DNA of 35,690 nt from a virus. Location: positions 1-35,690 of the IMG/VR virus record IMGVR_UViG_3300045971_000156. The stretch is one strand, 5' to 3'. The translations under genes and the position numbers were made by a program. Under the pieces are notes generated by a model. That model did no database searches. It had not been told where the DNA came from and saw only the letters and a list, made by a program, of their open reading frames with translations. Shown here piece by piece: positions 1 through 7,299 of this stretch. Positions within the stretch are counted from its first letter, which is position 1. Every line of letters begins with the position of its first letter.

Positions 1-127
1 TTAGCACTGAACCGTTCTTTAACCGCCTCAGAAACGTCCACAATCACGCTCATGCGCTTTTGGCTAACGTCTGGTGTGCCAGTAGGGGTATGGATGATCT
101 TTGGCTCTACGGGCTTGCTAGAGTCGA
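1..127. repeat. Terminal direct repeat, left copy (identical to 35564..35690)
   Basis: Read base by base, 1-127 (ttagcactgaacc...gctagagtcga) recurs exactly at 35564-35690. The implied unit length is 35,563 bp. Confidence 0.95.
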
Positions 128-485
128 TTGCGTCATGTTCAACGATTTCTAGGGCAGTAACCCACAGGTAACGACGCAAATAAGTCTGCACCGCACCTAG
201 ACGCTGTACCTCATGCAGTCCCTTCATTTCGCAGGTAGACATGGGAGACTCAATCACAAACGATTGACCGTCTGTTGTGTCAACAATCGTCAGTTTGGCA
301 ACGTCAACGCCATACGAAACAACTCCGCACAACCCATGCGCTGAAAAGATTTCCTGAATCACTGGCAGGAAGTCACCCAATTCAAAGTAGTCGTACTTCG
401 CATAGCTGTTGTAGCCTGACTTTTTCAGCTTGCGTGATTGAAGGTCAAGTCTTGCTGCCATCAGCTTGGTGTAAATGTTGCTCAT
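1..485 (-). CDS. erf: ERF-family single-strand annealing recombinase, 5' part (gene continues across the junction to 35416; about 210 aa in total)
   Basis: Absent from the ORF track because it runs off the window edge. My manual minus-strand translation from the ATG at 483-485 is open down to position 1 and in frame with 35416..35690. It reads MSNIYTKLMAARLDLQSRKLKKSGYNSYAKYDYFELGDFLPVIQEIF...GAVQTYLRRYLWVTALEIVEHDAID. The N-x-Y-A-K-Y-x-Y-F-x-L block and the TY-x-RRY block match the ERF family as I remember it. Confidence 0.85.
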   Translation of the reverse strand, partial: MSNIYTKLMAARLDLQSRKLKKSGYNSYAKYDYFELGDFLPVIQEIFSAHGLCGVVSYGVDVAKLTIVDTTDGQSFVIESPMSTCEMKGLHEVQRLGAVQTYLRRYLWVTALEIVEHDAIDSSKPVEPKIIHTPTGTPDVSQKRMSVIVDVSEAVKERFSA

Positions 486-661
486 TCCATTTCCCCTGTC
501 ATGTAGTCTTTAAAACTGTCGTAGTAGTTACCAGACTCGATCACGTTGATAAGCATGGTTCCGTTGCCAATCCTGGCGTCGGTCTTATTCATCAGAAAGT
601 CGCTGTATTGATCGTCAAGTTCATAACGATTCATTGCTTTTTCAAATTCTTCTTCTGTCAT
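482..661 (-). CDS. Hypothetical small protein (59 aa, acidic)
   Basis: Manual translation gives MTEEEFEKAMNRYELDDQYSDFLMNKTDARIGNGTMLINVIESGNYYDSFKDYMTGEME. Its stop overlaps the erf start as ATGA at 482-485. It falls below the track's length cut-off. Confidence 0.5.
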   Translation of the reverse strand: MTEEEFEKAMNRYELDDQYSDFLMNKTDARIGNGTMLINVIESGNYYDSFKDYMTGEME

Positions 662-670
662 GGTGTTCTC

Positions 671-784
671 TTATATTGGTAGTTCACTAAACGCATGTTT
701 CATTGCTAGATATGCTGATTTCAAAGGACCGTAGATCGCACGATTCCAGCGGTATTCCCATTTCAAATATTGAAGGGTGCTCAT
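671..784 (-). CDS. Hypothetical micro-ORF (37 aa)
   Basis: Manual translation gives MSTLQYLKWEYRWNRAIYGPLKSAYLAMKHAFSELPI. The start overlaps the upstream stop as ATGA at 781-784. It fills an otherwise non-coding gap. Confidence 0.3.
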   Translation of the reverse strand: MSTLQYLKWEYRWNRAIYGPLKSAYLAMKHAFSELPI

Positions 785-996
785 AGCCACCACCTTTTTG
801 TCCATTTGACAGATGATTGATAACGGTCTTTCACATCAGCATGGAAGGAAGCTGTTTTGGCAGATAGTCCGATATCACAAGCTATAGACCAACACTTTCC
901 ATCCCACCAACGCACAACTGTTTTTGCCTGAATGGTGCTTGCAGGCCACCATCCGATTGCTGGCGGTTTTCCTTTGTGCCATTTGATTTGTTTCAT
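781..996 (-). CDS. Hypothetical Trp-rich protein (71 aa)
   Basis: Track ORF 781..1005 begins at a GTG. The ATG at 994-996 (MKQIKWHKGKPP...) overlaps the upstream stop as ATGA at 993-996, so I prefer it. Confidence 0.6.
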   Translation of the reverse strand: MKQIKWHKGKPPAIGWWPASTIQAKTVVRWWDGKCWSIACDIGLSAKTASFHADVKDRYQSSVKWTKRWWL

Positions 997-1139
997 AGCC
1001 ACCACTCCAACAACACGCCTACAAATGTCAATCCAATCACTACAGCAAGAAAGATGTCCACTAACCTGTTCTCACGCTCATAGCGTTCAATAGAACAGGC
1101 GTAGTTCGATTCATTGATGATGTCTTTGACGGTTTTCAT
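993..1139 (-). CDS. Hypothetical small membrane protein (48 aa, C-terminal hydrophobic helix)
   Basis: Manual translation gives MKTVKDIINESNYACSIERYERENRLVDIFLAVVIGLTFVGVLLEWWL. ATGA overlaps occur at both ends (1136-1139 and 993-996). Confidence 0.45.
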   Translation of the reverse strand: MKTVKDIINESNYACSIERYERENRLVDIFLAVVIGLTFVGVLLEWWL

Positions 1140-1435
1140 GCTGCTTTTCTCAGTGAAGGAAATTCAGGGAATGTCTTGTTAAACAAGAGCTTGTAATAGT
1201 CAGATTGACCTTGATTACGCTGATGCTCATAGCAGTCCATGTCAAGATCGTTCAACTGATCAGTGGTCAGGTACTGGTCAATCTCAACACCGTCTTCAGT
1301 GCAGACCACCATGTCGTTGATGGTGTTTGTGTCATCGTCGTAGTCGTACCAGACGGTCACGATCTTTACGCCTTGTCCAATTAGCTTGGTGAAGCTGAAC
1401 TGCTGATCTTTGTATGCTTGGCTCATTTGGGTCAC
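1136..1435 (-). CDS. Hypothetical protein (99 aa), first gene of the leftward early operon
   Basis: Track ORF with an ATG start. It is acidic and matches no family signature I recognise. Confidence 0.65.
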   Translation of the reverse strand: MTQMSQAYKDQQFSFTKLIGQGVKIVTVWYDYDDDTNTINDMVVCTEDGVEIDQYLTTDQLNDLDMDCYEHQRNQGQSDYYKLLFNKTFPEFPSLRKAA

Positions 1436-1612
1436 TCCTGTTTATCTTGCTGCGATGGACGTATCTTACATCAAATATCGGATAAACGATACGGATAGGC
1501 GAATATGTTTTAATCGGAATCACGCTACCGATTGAAAAAAGCTAAAACGTCTACGGGTTGACCCTAATCAACTGCTTGATTTCGGGGAATTGGTACAGTG
1601 TGGCGGGGGTCT
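1436..1612 (-). promoter_or_regulatory. Non-coding gap between the repressor gene and the leftward operon; candidate PL-like promoter/operator region
   Basis: A 177-bp gap in an otherwise gene-dense strand, at the same relative position as lambda PL. It contains GATA/CGGATA repeats (1481-1498), ATATCG (1475-1480) and CGAATATG (1500-1507), which resemble halves of the 1990-2002 palindrome. It also has an AATCGG-N10-CCGATT inverted repeat (1512-1533). Confidence 0.3.
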
Positions 1613-1945
1613 TTACGCCGCCTGGATGTTTCCTGTGTTGGCTGACTTTAGGCCGCGAACCATGTGCAAAACAACCTCTCTTTGTGCTGGTGACAGTTCA
1701 ACATAAAGACGCATTAATTCATTCGATCCCACTATCTCTCCCTTCGTACCGTACATGACTTCCTCTATGGAAACGTCCAGTTCTCGGCACAGGGATAGCA
1801 GAACAGTAGCGGAAAACTCCTTGTTCTTGCTTTCTATGTCTGACAGGGTGCTTTGCGTGATCCCACACGGCAGGGCCAATTCAGCCTGACGAATGATCCC
1901 GCGCTCTAGACGAAGCCGCCTGATTCTTTGTCCGATAGTTTCCAT
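1613..1945 (-). CDS. CI-like repressor, XRE-family HTH (110 aa), with no peptidase S24 domain
   Basis: IGQRIRRLRLERGIIRQAELALPCGITQSTLSDIESKNK is a classic HTH_3 pattern. The gene is divergent from a Cro-like gene across 71 bp. Confidence 0.85.
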   Translation of the reverse strand: METIGQRIRRLRLERGIIRQAELALPCGITQSTLSDIESKNKEFSATVLLSLCRELDVSIEEVMYGTKGEIVGSNELMRLYVELSPAQREVVLHMVRGLKSANTGNIQAA

Positions 1946-2016
1946 AAATCACATTGTGCTTATGCTTTGATAAATTAAATCAGACATAACATATCGAATA
2001 TGAGATACTCTGCGGC
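1946..2016. promoter_or_regulatory. Divergent immunity switch region (PRM/PR analogue) with palindromes
   Basis: A perfect 5-3-5 palindrome CATAT-CGA-ATATG lies at 1990-2002. CACA-T-TGTG lies at 1950-1958 and TGAT-N7-ATCA at 1968-1982. A TTGATA -35-like hexamer lies at 1967-1972. No Shine-Dalgarno precedes the repressor ATG. Confidence 0.5.
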
Positions 2017-2223
2017 ATGACTAAAGCAGACGCAATCAAACATTTCGGAACCCAAGTGAGGCTAGGTGAAGCCTTGGGATGTAAGCAACACACTATTTCA
2101 GGGTGGGGCGAATACCCACCTGACAGCAGACAACTCCAAATCGAACGGGTCACCCTCGGAGCACTGAAGGCAGAACCCGAGTGCATGGACCGTTTGCTTG
2201 GATTTGTGAAGGACGCGCAATGA
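2017..2223 (+). CDS. Cro/YdaS-like small HTH regulator (68 aa)
   Basis: AIKHFGTQVRLGEALGCKQHTISGWGEYPPDSRQLQIERVTLGAL matches the Cro/YdaS-type pattern (HTH followed by IE-x-x-T-x-G-x-L). The gene is divergent from the repressor. Confidence 0.75.
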   Translation: MTKADAIKHFGTQVRLGEALGCKQHTISGWGEYPPDSRQLQIERVTLGALKAEPECMDRLLGFVKDAQ

Positions 2224-2960
2224 CATTCGCAAATCTTGCGCTTGAACTTGATTTTTCACAGTGCGATAGCGCACACAAAGCAGAGAAATCAATGAAAAAC
2301 GAAATCATTGAATCGTGTAAACCGATCTTCTTTGACATTAACAGCCTTCCACTATCAGACAAGGTTGATTGCATCAACGCGCTGCGTGAAATGCTCCATG
2401 TGCTTTCTCCATTCAACTCAGAGCCTGTTGACTTTGTGAAGTGGGTAAGCAATTCACTGGTCCACGCAAACGACTACAACCCGAACAGCGTTGCACCGCC
2501 TGAAATGGAATTGCTCAGGCATTCAATCGCGGCTGACGGGTACACACAGCCCATTGTTTCCATGCCTGATGCAGACACGTATGAGGTCATAGACGGGTTT
2601 CACCGACATAGGGTAGGTAAGGAGTGCCAAGACATTCAATCGCGTGTCCACGGCTATTTGCCATTGGTACAAATTCGCTCTACTCAACAAGACAAAACAG
2701 ACCGTATGGCATCAACCATTCGGCATAACAGGGCAAGGGGAGAGCACCGGGTTGAATCAATGGCTGAAATCGTTGTTGAACTGAAACGCAGGTTTTGGAA
2801 TGATGAAAAGATCGCCAAAGAGTTAGGAATGGAGCCTGACGAGGTTTTACGGTTGACTCAAGTTACCGGGTTAGCTGGATTGTTCCAAGACCGTGAATTC
2901 TCCGAAGCATGGGAAGCAGACACATTCCAAGAAACCGAGGGTGACGATGACCTTAATTGA
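2220..2960 (+). CDS. ibrB: ParB/sulfiredoxin-fold protein, IbrB-like (246 aa)
   Basis: The ATG at 2220 overlaps the cro stop as ATGA; the track start at 2181 is a GTG. YNPNSVAPPEMELLRHSIAADGYTQPIV...YEVIDGFHRHRV is the ParB N-terminal-domain DG-x-HR signature as seen in IbrB/DndB-type proteins. Confidence 0.85.
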   Translation: MTFANLALELDFSQCDSAHKAEKSMKNEIIESCKPIFFDINSLPLSDKVDCINALREMLHVLSPFNSEPVDFVKWVSNSLVHANDYNPNSVAPPEMELLRHSIAADGYTQPIVSMPDADTYEVIDGFHRHRVGKECQDIQSRVHGYLPLVQIRSTQQDKTDRMASTIRHNRARGEHRVESMAEIVVELKRRFWNDEKIAKELGMEPDEVLRLTQVTGLAGLFQDREFSEAWEADTFQETEGDDDLN

Positions 2961-3333
2961 TGATCGTCTGCCAAGCGAAGGTGAGATTTGGCATCCGTGG
3001 ACTGACCTTGAAGAATCTGACAGCGCCATGTGGGGAAACGTCAGCAACAGGAAAACATGGCTAGACATTGCCATTCTGTTCACTGGTAATGCTGATCTAT
3101 ACGGTGAGTGGATGCTGAATGTGTTAGGCGAGTGGAAAAAGTCGTGTGAGCACAACCTTAGCAAATCTGGCGACAAAAGGGCTTGGATTGGTCACGCTGC
3201 CGTGGCATTAGCAATTAACTGCCCTGAAGATATTGTGCGTGAAGCATGGGGCCATTTGTCTCAAGAACAGCAAGACGCTGCCAACAAGAAAGCCTCAGAA
3301 GCAATAGAAAAGTGGAGGCTAACAAATGCCTAA
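2947..3333 (+). CDS. Hypothetical protein (128 aa) sandwiched between the ParB-like and PAPS-reductase-like genes
   Basis: The ATG at 2947 (MTLIDDRLPSEGEIWHPW...) is internal to track ORF 2893..3333. It overlaps the upstream gene by 14 nt and the downstream gene by 8 nt. It is Trp-rich and contains CEHNLS and WIGHAA blocks. I recognise no family. Confidence 0.6.
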   Translation: MTLIDDRLPSEGEIWHPWTDLEESDSAMWGNVSNRKTWLDIAILFTGNADLYGEWMLNVLGEWKKSCEHNLSKSGDKRAWIGHAAVALAINCPEDIVREAWGHLSQEQQDAANKKASEAIEKWRLTNA

Positions 3334-4546
3334 GCGCGGTCTAGGAATGGACGTTCTAACTGCTGCACAGCAGCGCATTGAATGGACATTTGACAACTTC
3401 CCAAAAATCTATTGTTCTTTCAGTGCTGGAAAAGACAGCGGGGTAATGGTTCATTTGGTCTGCCAGGAAGCCCGTAAACGTGGCCGCAAGATAGGATTGT
3501 TCTTGCTGGATTGGGAAGCGCAATTTACCGCAACGATTGATTTTGCCAGACAGATATTTACTGAATACGCAGATTGCACCGAGCCTTACTGGTGCGCTGT
3601 ACCAATGAAAACATGGAATGCAGTTTCAAATTTTCAGCCTGAATGGACTGCCTGGGACGAATCAAAGAAAAACCTTTGGGTTCGTCAAAAGGAAACGATC
3701 AGCATCAAAGACACAAAAGAGTTTCCGTTTTGGTACGAAGGAATCATGTTTGAGGAGTTTGTACCTACTTTTGGTCAATGGTATGCAAAAGGAGAACTGT
3801 GTGCGGCATTTGTCGGCATTAGAGCACAGGAGAGTTTGAATCGGTTTAGGACGTTGGCTAGAGACAAGCCAATGTATCAAGGAAAACCATTCACGACCAA
3901 CGTGGTTGAAAACGTCTGGAATGTTTACCCAATCTATGACTGGAAAACTGAGGACATTTGGACATATCACGGAAAGACAGGACTTGTATACAACAAGCTG
4001 TATGACCGAATGCACCAAGCCGGGTTAACGCTGCATCAAATGCGTATCTGTGAGCCTTTTGGTGACGAGTCTAGAAAAGGCTTGTGGCTGTACCAAGTGA
4101 TTGAGCCTACGGTATGGGCTAAGTTAGTTCTACGGGTTAACGGAGCCAATACAGGAAAGATTTACAGCAATGAGCGCGGTAACGTCATGGGTAATCATGC
4201 AATATCTCTACCTGAAGGTCATACCTGGGAGAGTTTCGCCAAATCATTATTAGAAAGCACCCCACCTAAAACAGCTTGTCATTACAAAAACAAGATTGCT
4301 GTTTACATCAAATGGTGGATGGCTAGAGGTTATCCAGATGGGATACCTGATGCTATTGATTTGAAAATAGAAAACGCTGGCAAAGCTCCAAGCTGGCGCA
4401 GGGTATGTAAGACATTACTCAAGAATGATTACTGGTGCAAGTACCTAGGCTTTAGCCCAACAAAAACAAGTGCTTATCAAAAGTACAACGACTTAATGGC
4501 TAAACGCAGAAAAGCATGGAATATTTTTTCGGAGGAGATTAAATGA
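3326..4546 (+). CDS. ibrA: PAPS-reductase-fold (PP-loop ATP pyrophosphatase) protein, IbrA-like with a C-terminal extension (406 aa)
   Basis: It has the PP-loop variant SFSAGKDSGVM and the FVGIRAQESLNRF block. The C-terminal NDYWCKYLGFSP block is typical of IbrA-type proteins. GGAGG lies 7 nt upstream of the ATG. Confidence 0.88.
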   Translation: MPKRGLGMDVLTAAQQRIEWTFDNFPKIYCSFSAGKDSGVMVHLVCQEARKRGRKIGLFLLDWEAQFTATIDFARQIFTEYADCTEPYWCAVPMKTWNAVSNFQPEWTAWDESKKNLWVRQKETISIKDTKEFPFWYEGIMFEEFVPTFGQWYAKGELCAAFVGIRAQESLNRFRTLARDKPMYQGKPFTTNVVENVWNVYPIYDWKTEDIWTYHGKTGLVYNKLYDRMHQAGLTLHQMRICEPFGDESRKGLWLYQVIEPTVWAKLVLRVNGANTGKIYSNERGNVMGNHAISLPEGHTWESFAKSLLESTPPKTACHYKNKIAVYIKWWMARGYPDGIPDAIDLKIENAGKAPSWRRVCKTLLKNDYWCKYLGFSPTKTSAYQKYNDLMAKRRKAWNIFSEEIK

Positions 4547-4740
4547 CACAAGCAGAACTAATCATCCAGCGCCTTAAAAAAGGCTGGACCAGCCCCTTAG
4601 ATGCGCTTTATAGCTGCGGAACTCTCAAGCTGGCTACTCGGGTAGGTGAACTTCGCCGGGACGGTTTTGAGATTGAAGACCGTTGGAAAGAGGAAAACGG
4701 AAAGCGGTTCAAAGAGTACAAGTTTGGGGAGGTGTCATAA
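4543..4740 (+). CDS. Small winged-helix DNA-binding protein (65 aa)
   Basis: TSPLDALYSCGTLKLATRVGELRRDGFEIEDRWKEENGKRFKEYKF matches a common phage/plasmid HTH family (L-x-L-x-x-R-I-x-E-L-R-x-x-G-x-x-I). The start overlaps the upstream stop as ATGA. Confidence 0.7.
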   Translation: MTQAELIIQRLKKGWTSPLDALYSCGTLKLATRVGELRRDGFEIEDRWKEENGKRFKEYKFGEVS

Positions 4741-5475
4741 ATGCGCGTCAAGAATTGGGAGAAGTTTCAACACTTCAAAGACCGTAGACCACCGTGGATC
4801 AAACTTTATCGTGATCTTTTGGATGATGTTGAGTGGCATGAGTTGTCTGGAGATGACTCAAAAACTCTCGTAATGATTTGGGTTATCGCAAGTGAAAACC
4901 TTGGTGAACTACCAGACATAAAGACACTGGCATTTAGGCTAAGAACAAATACGAAACAGCTTGAAAGTGCTGTGAAACGCCTTTCTCACTGGTTGATAAC
5001 AGAACGATATCAAGACGATATCAATGTGTCTCAAATTAATTCAGTAGCTGAAGTTAGTGATCACCAAGAGACAGAGAAAGAGACAGAGAAAGAGACAGAG
5101 AAAGAGACAGATACGCCTAACGGCGTGTCGTTGTCTGTTTGGCAAGATTTCAAATCCATTCGTAAAACCAAGAAGGCAGCACTTACCCAAACGGCAATCA
5201 ACAAAATCCGCTCCCAGGCTGACAAAGCGGGGGTAAGCCTACAGGCTGCATTGGAAACGTGTTGTGAGCGTGGGTGGGCCAGTTTTAACGCTGAATGGCT
5301 GCAAGAAAAGCAGAAAGCCTATACGCCACCGCAACCAAATCAAACCGTACCTAGCAAACCCGGCATTGACCCAACGCTGGCCCGGTTGATCCAGGAGCAA
5401 ACCAGCGGTGCGGTTAAGCCACCTAGCGCAGAAATGAAAGCAAGGCTGGCACAACTTCGAGGGGTGACAGTATGA
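4741..5475 (+). CDS. Putative replication initiator / replisome organiser (244 aa)
   Basis: The N-terminus NWEKFQHFKDRRPPWIKLYRDLLDD is typical of phage replication-organiser proteins. The C-terminal half (WQDFKSIRKTKKAALTQTAINKIRSQADKAGVSLQAALETCCERGWASF) resembles DnaT/O-like DNA-binding domains. Tandem repeats lie inside the gene. Confidence 0.6.
   Translation: MRVKNWEKFQHFKDRRPPWIKLYRDLLDDVEWHELSGDDSKTLVMIWVIASENLGELPDIKTLAFRLRTNTKQLESAVKRLSHWLITERYQDDINVSQINSVAEVSDHQETEKETEKETEKETDTPNGVSLSVWQDFKSIRKTKKAALTQTAINKIRSQADKAGVSLQAALETCCERGWASFNAEWLQEKQKAYTPPQPNQTVPSKPGIDPTLARLIQEQTSGAVKPPSAEMKARLAQLRGVTV
5068..5111 (+). repeat. 12-bp tandem repeat GAGACAGAGAAA x3.7 inside the replication gene (encodes ETEKETEKETEKET)
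   Basis: Read directly: gagacagagaaa at 5068, 5080 and 5092, then gagacaga at 5104. Confidence 0.9.
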
Positions 5476-5621
5476 CAAAAGAACTAGCCAACCAAATCCT
5501 GAACCTATGGAGATCAGGTGCAAGACACTACCAACAATCCATTATTGACCAATGCCTCGTTATCACTGGCGACATTACGGGATCGCTTAATCACTCACAT
5601 ATTGTGGATGAGGATGCATGA
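5472..5621 (+). CDS. Hypothetical small protein (49 aa)
   Basis: Manual translation gives MTKELANQILNLWRSGARHYQQSIIDQCLVITGDITGSLNHSHIVDEDA. ATGA overlaps occur at both ends (5472-5475 and 5618-5621). I prefer it over track ORF 5518..5754. Confidence 0.5.
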   Translation: MTKELANQILNLWRSGARHYQQSIIDQCLVITGDITGSLNHSHIVDEDA

Positions 5622-6244
5622 TGTTGAATACGCCCGTCACGCAGCCAGATACTACGCAACCGAGTTACCTTGGATCAATATTAACCAAGGGCTTAGGGAA
5701 TCAATTGAAGCAGAAAAGTTGTCGTGTCTGCAAAACAAAGTTTCAACCGACTAAACCAATGCAATCTGCGTGTTCCGTTGAATGTGCAATACAAGTATCT
5801 TTGAATAAAAGAGATAAATTAGTTAAAGCAGAAGATAAATTGAGACGTGAAAAGTTGAAATCACGGTCGGATTGGTTGAAAGAAGCGCAAACAGCATTCA
5901 ACGCATATGTGCGCCAGCGAGATATTAACCAGCTATGTATCTGCTGCGGAAAACCATTAACCCATGATTCTGTTGGTGGTGGTTATGACTGCGGACATTA
6001 CAGGTCTGTCGGATCAGCACCGCATTTGAGATTCCATGAGGACAACGCTCATGCCCAAACAAAGCAGTGCAACCGTTACGGTGCTGGACGTGCGGTTGAC
6101 TACCGAATCGGACTGATCGCAAGGATCGGACTACAAGCCGTTGAAGCATTGGAGTGCGACACCAGTACCAAGAAGTACACGATAGACGAACTGAGGGCGA
6201 TTAAGAGCCTTTACAGCGCCAAATTGAAGGAGTTGAAAGCATGA
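5618..6244 (+). CDS. ninG: NinG/Rap-family recombination endonuclease (208 aa)
   Basis: CRVCKTKFQP...QSACSVECA, WLKEAQTAFNAYVRQRDINQLCICCG, DCGHYRSVGSAPHLRFHEDNAHAQTKQCN and YRIGLIARIG match the lambda NinG layout. Confidence 0.85.
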   Translation: MMLNTPVTQPDTTQPSYLGSILTKGLGNQLKQKSCRVCKTKFQPTKPMQSACSVECAIQVSLNKRDKLVKAEDKLRREKLKSRSDWLKEAQTAFNAYVRQRDINQLCICCGKPLTHDSVGGGYDCGHYRSVGSAPHLRFHEDNAHAQTKQCNRYGAGRAVDYRIGLIARIGLQAVEALECDTSTKKYTIDELRAIKSLYSAKLKELKA

Positions 6245-6444
6245 CTCACGTTCAAACGGCAAGACAAGGTCACAAGTACCAGTTTGATGACAAGCAAGTG
6301 ATCTGCCTGGAAAACGGATATGTGGTCAAGGTAAGAGAACTGTTAGACGGTGAAGGTTGGAACCTTGGAAAAGAGTTAACGGTTAAGGCAAGTTGGCTTC
6401 AGCCCTTACCCATGCAGTATTTCCACAACGAGACACCTAAATGA
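6241..6444 (+). CDS. Hypothetical protein (67 aa)
   Basis: Track ORF with ATGA coupling at both ends. Confidence 0.6.
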   Translation: MTHVQTARQGHKYQFDDKQVICLENGYVVKVRELLDGEGWNLGKELTVKASWLQPLPMQYFHNETPK

Positions 6445-6764
6445 ACGTACCAAACAAAGCAGTTAATTATGTGATTGCAAATGCAGGTAAGTTTGCACAA
6501 GCAAAGGCAATGCGGGTATATCTTGAGGAATTCAGAAAGTCAAAGAAAGCAATACTAATGGGTCAGAGTAGTTTAGAAGCTGCAAATGCCCGTGAACAGT
6601 TTGCATATTCTCACCCTGAGTATCTTGAGTTACTTCATGGACTTAGAGAAGCAGTTGAAGTAGAAGAAAAACTCAAGTGGGACTTAATCGCAGCACAGGC
6701 AAGGATTGATGTGTGGAAAACAGAAAGCTATTTGGAAGGTCGCTTAGAAAGGTCTGTTAAATGA
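6441..6764 (+). CDS. Hypothetical protein (107 aa), predicted helical
   Basis: Track ORF with ATGA coupling at both ends. Confidence 0.6.
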   Translation: MNVPNKAVNYVIANAGKFAQAKAMRVYLEEFRKSKKAILMGQSSLEAANAREQFAYSHPEYLELLHGLREAVEVEEKLKWDLIAAQARIDVWKTESYLEGRLERSVK

Positions 6765-7282
6765 ATCCAATTGTTGATGAACTGAATGAACTATTTGAAT
6801 ACAAAGACGGTAATTTATACAGGAGAAATAATTCTGGTTGTGTAAAAGCTGGAACAAAAGCAGGATGGGAAACTGTTTGCAATGGTAAAAAATACATAAA
6901 ACTGAACATTAGACATCAAACATATTACTTACATAGAATCATTTATCTAATGAAACATGGTGTAGATGCTAAATGCATCGATCACATCGATGGAGATTCT
7001 TTGAATAACAACGTTGAAAACCTGCGTGAAGCAACTCAAAGTCAGAACGTTGCAAACAGTCAAAAGAGGAAAACAAACACCAGTGGATTTAAGGGAGTGA
7101 CTTACAGAAAGGACACAAAAAAATGGGGTTCTGCCGTAATGGTTAATGGTAAGCACATAAGTCTAGGAAGTTATTTGACAAAAGAAGATGCTTCTGATGC
7201 CTATGTAAAAGGCTCGATCAGATATTTTGGTGAGTTTGCTGAATCTGCTAACAATCGTAGTCAAGACCGGGCAACTCAATAA
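6761..7282 (+). CDS. HNH homing endonuclease with AP2-type DNA-binding domain (173 aa)
   Basis: HRIIYLMKHG...IDHIDGDSLNNNVENLREATQSQN is the HNH_3 signature. GFKGVTYRKDTKKWGSAVMVNGKHISLGSYLTKEDASDAY is AP2-like. The gene is locally AT-rich: I counted 18 G+C in the 60 nt at 6781-6840. Confidence 0.85.
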   Translation: MNPIVDELNELFEYKDGNLYRRNNSGCVKAGTKAGWETVCNGKKYIKLNIRHQTYYLHRIIYLMKHGVDAKCIDHIDGDSLNNNVENLREATQSQNVANSQKRKTNTSGFKGVTYRKDTKKWGSAVMVNGKHISLGSYLTKEDASDAYVKGSIRYFGEFAESANNRSQDRATQ

Positions 7283-7299
7283 ACCAACCTGGAGCCGCA

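Noticed and set aside
275-682. Track ORF of 135 aa on the + strand
   Set aside because: It lies antisense to the erf gene and the 59-aa ORF, which have family signatures and coupled starts. Its Cys/His/Phe-rich composition looks like a shadow frame.
1512-1545. AATCGG-N10-CCGATT hairpin next to an A/T run, as a terminator for the repressor gene
   Set aside because: On the minus strand the T-run precedes the hairpin rather than following it, so it does not fit an intrinsic terminator.
5518-5754. Track ORF of 78 aa on the + strand
   Set aside because: It overlaps both the ATGA-coupled 49-aa ORF and the NinG N-terminus, which carries the conserved Cys cluster. It has no RBS.
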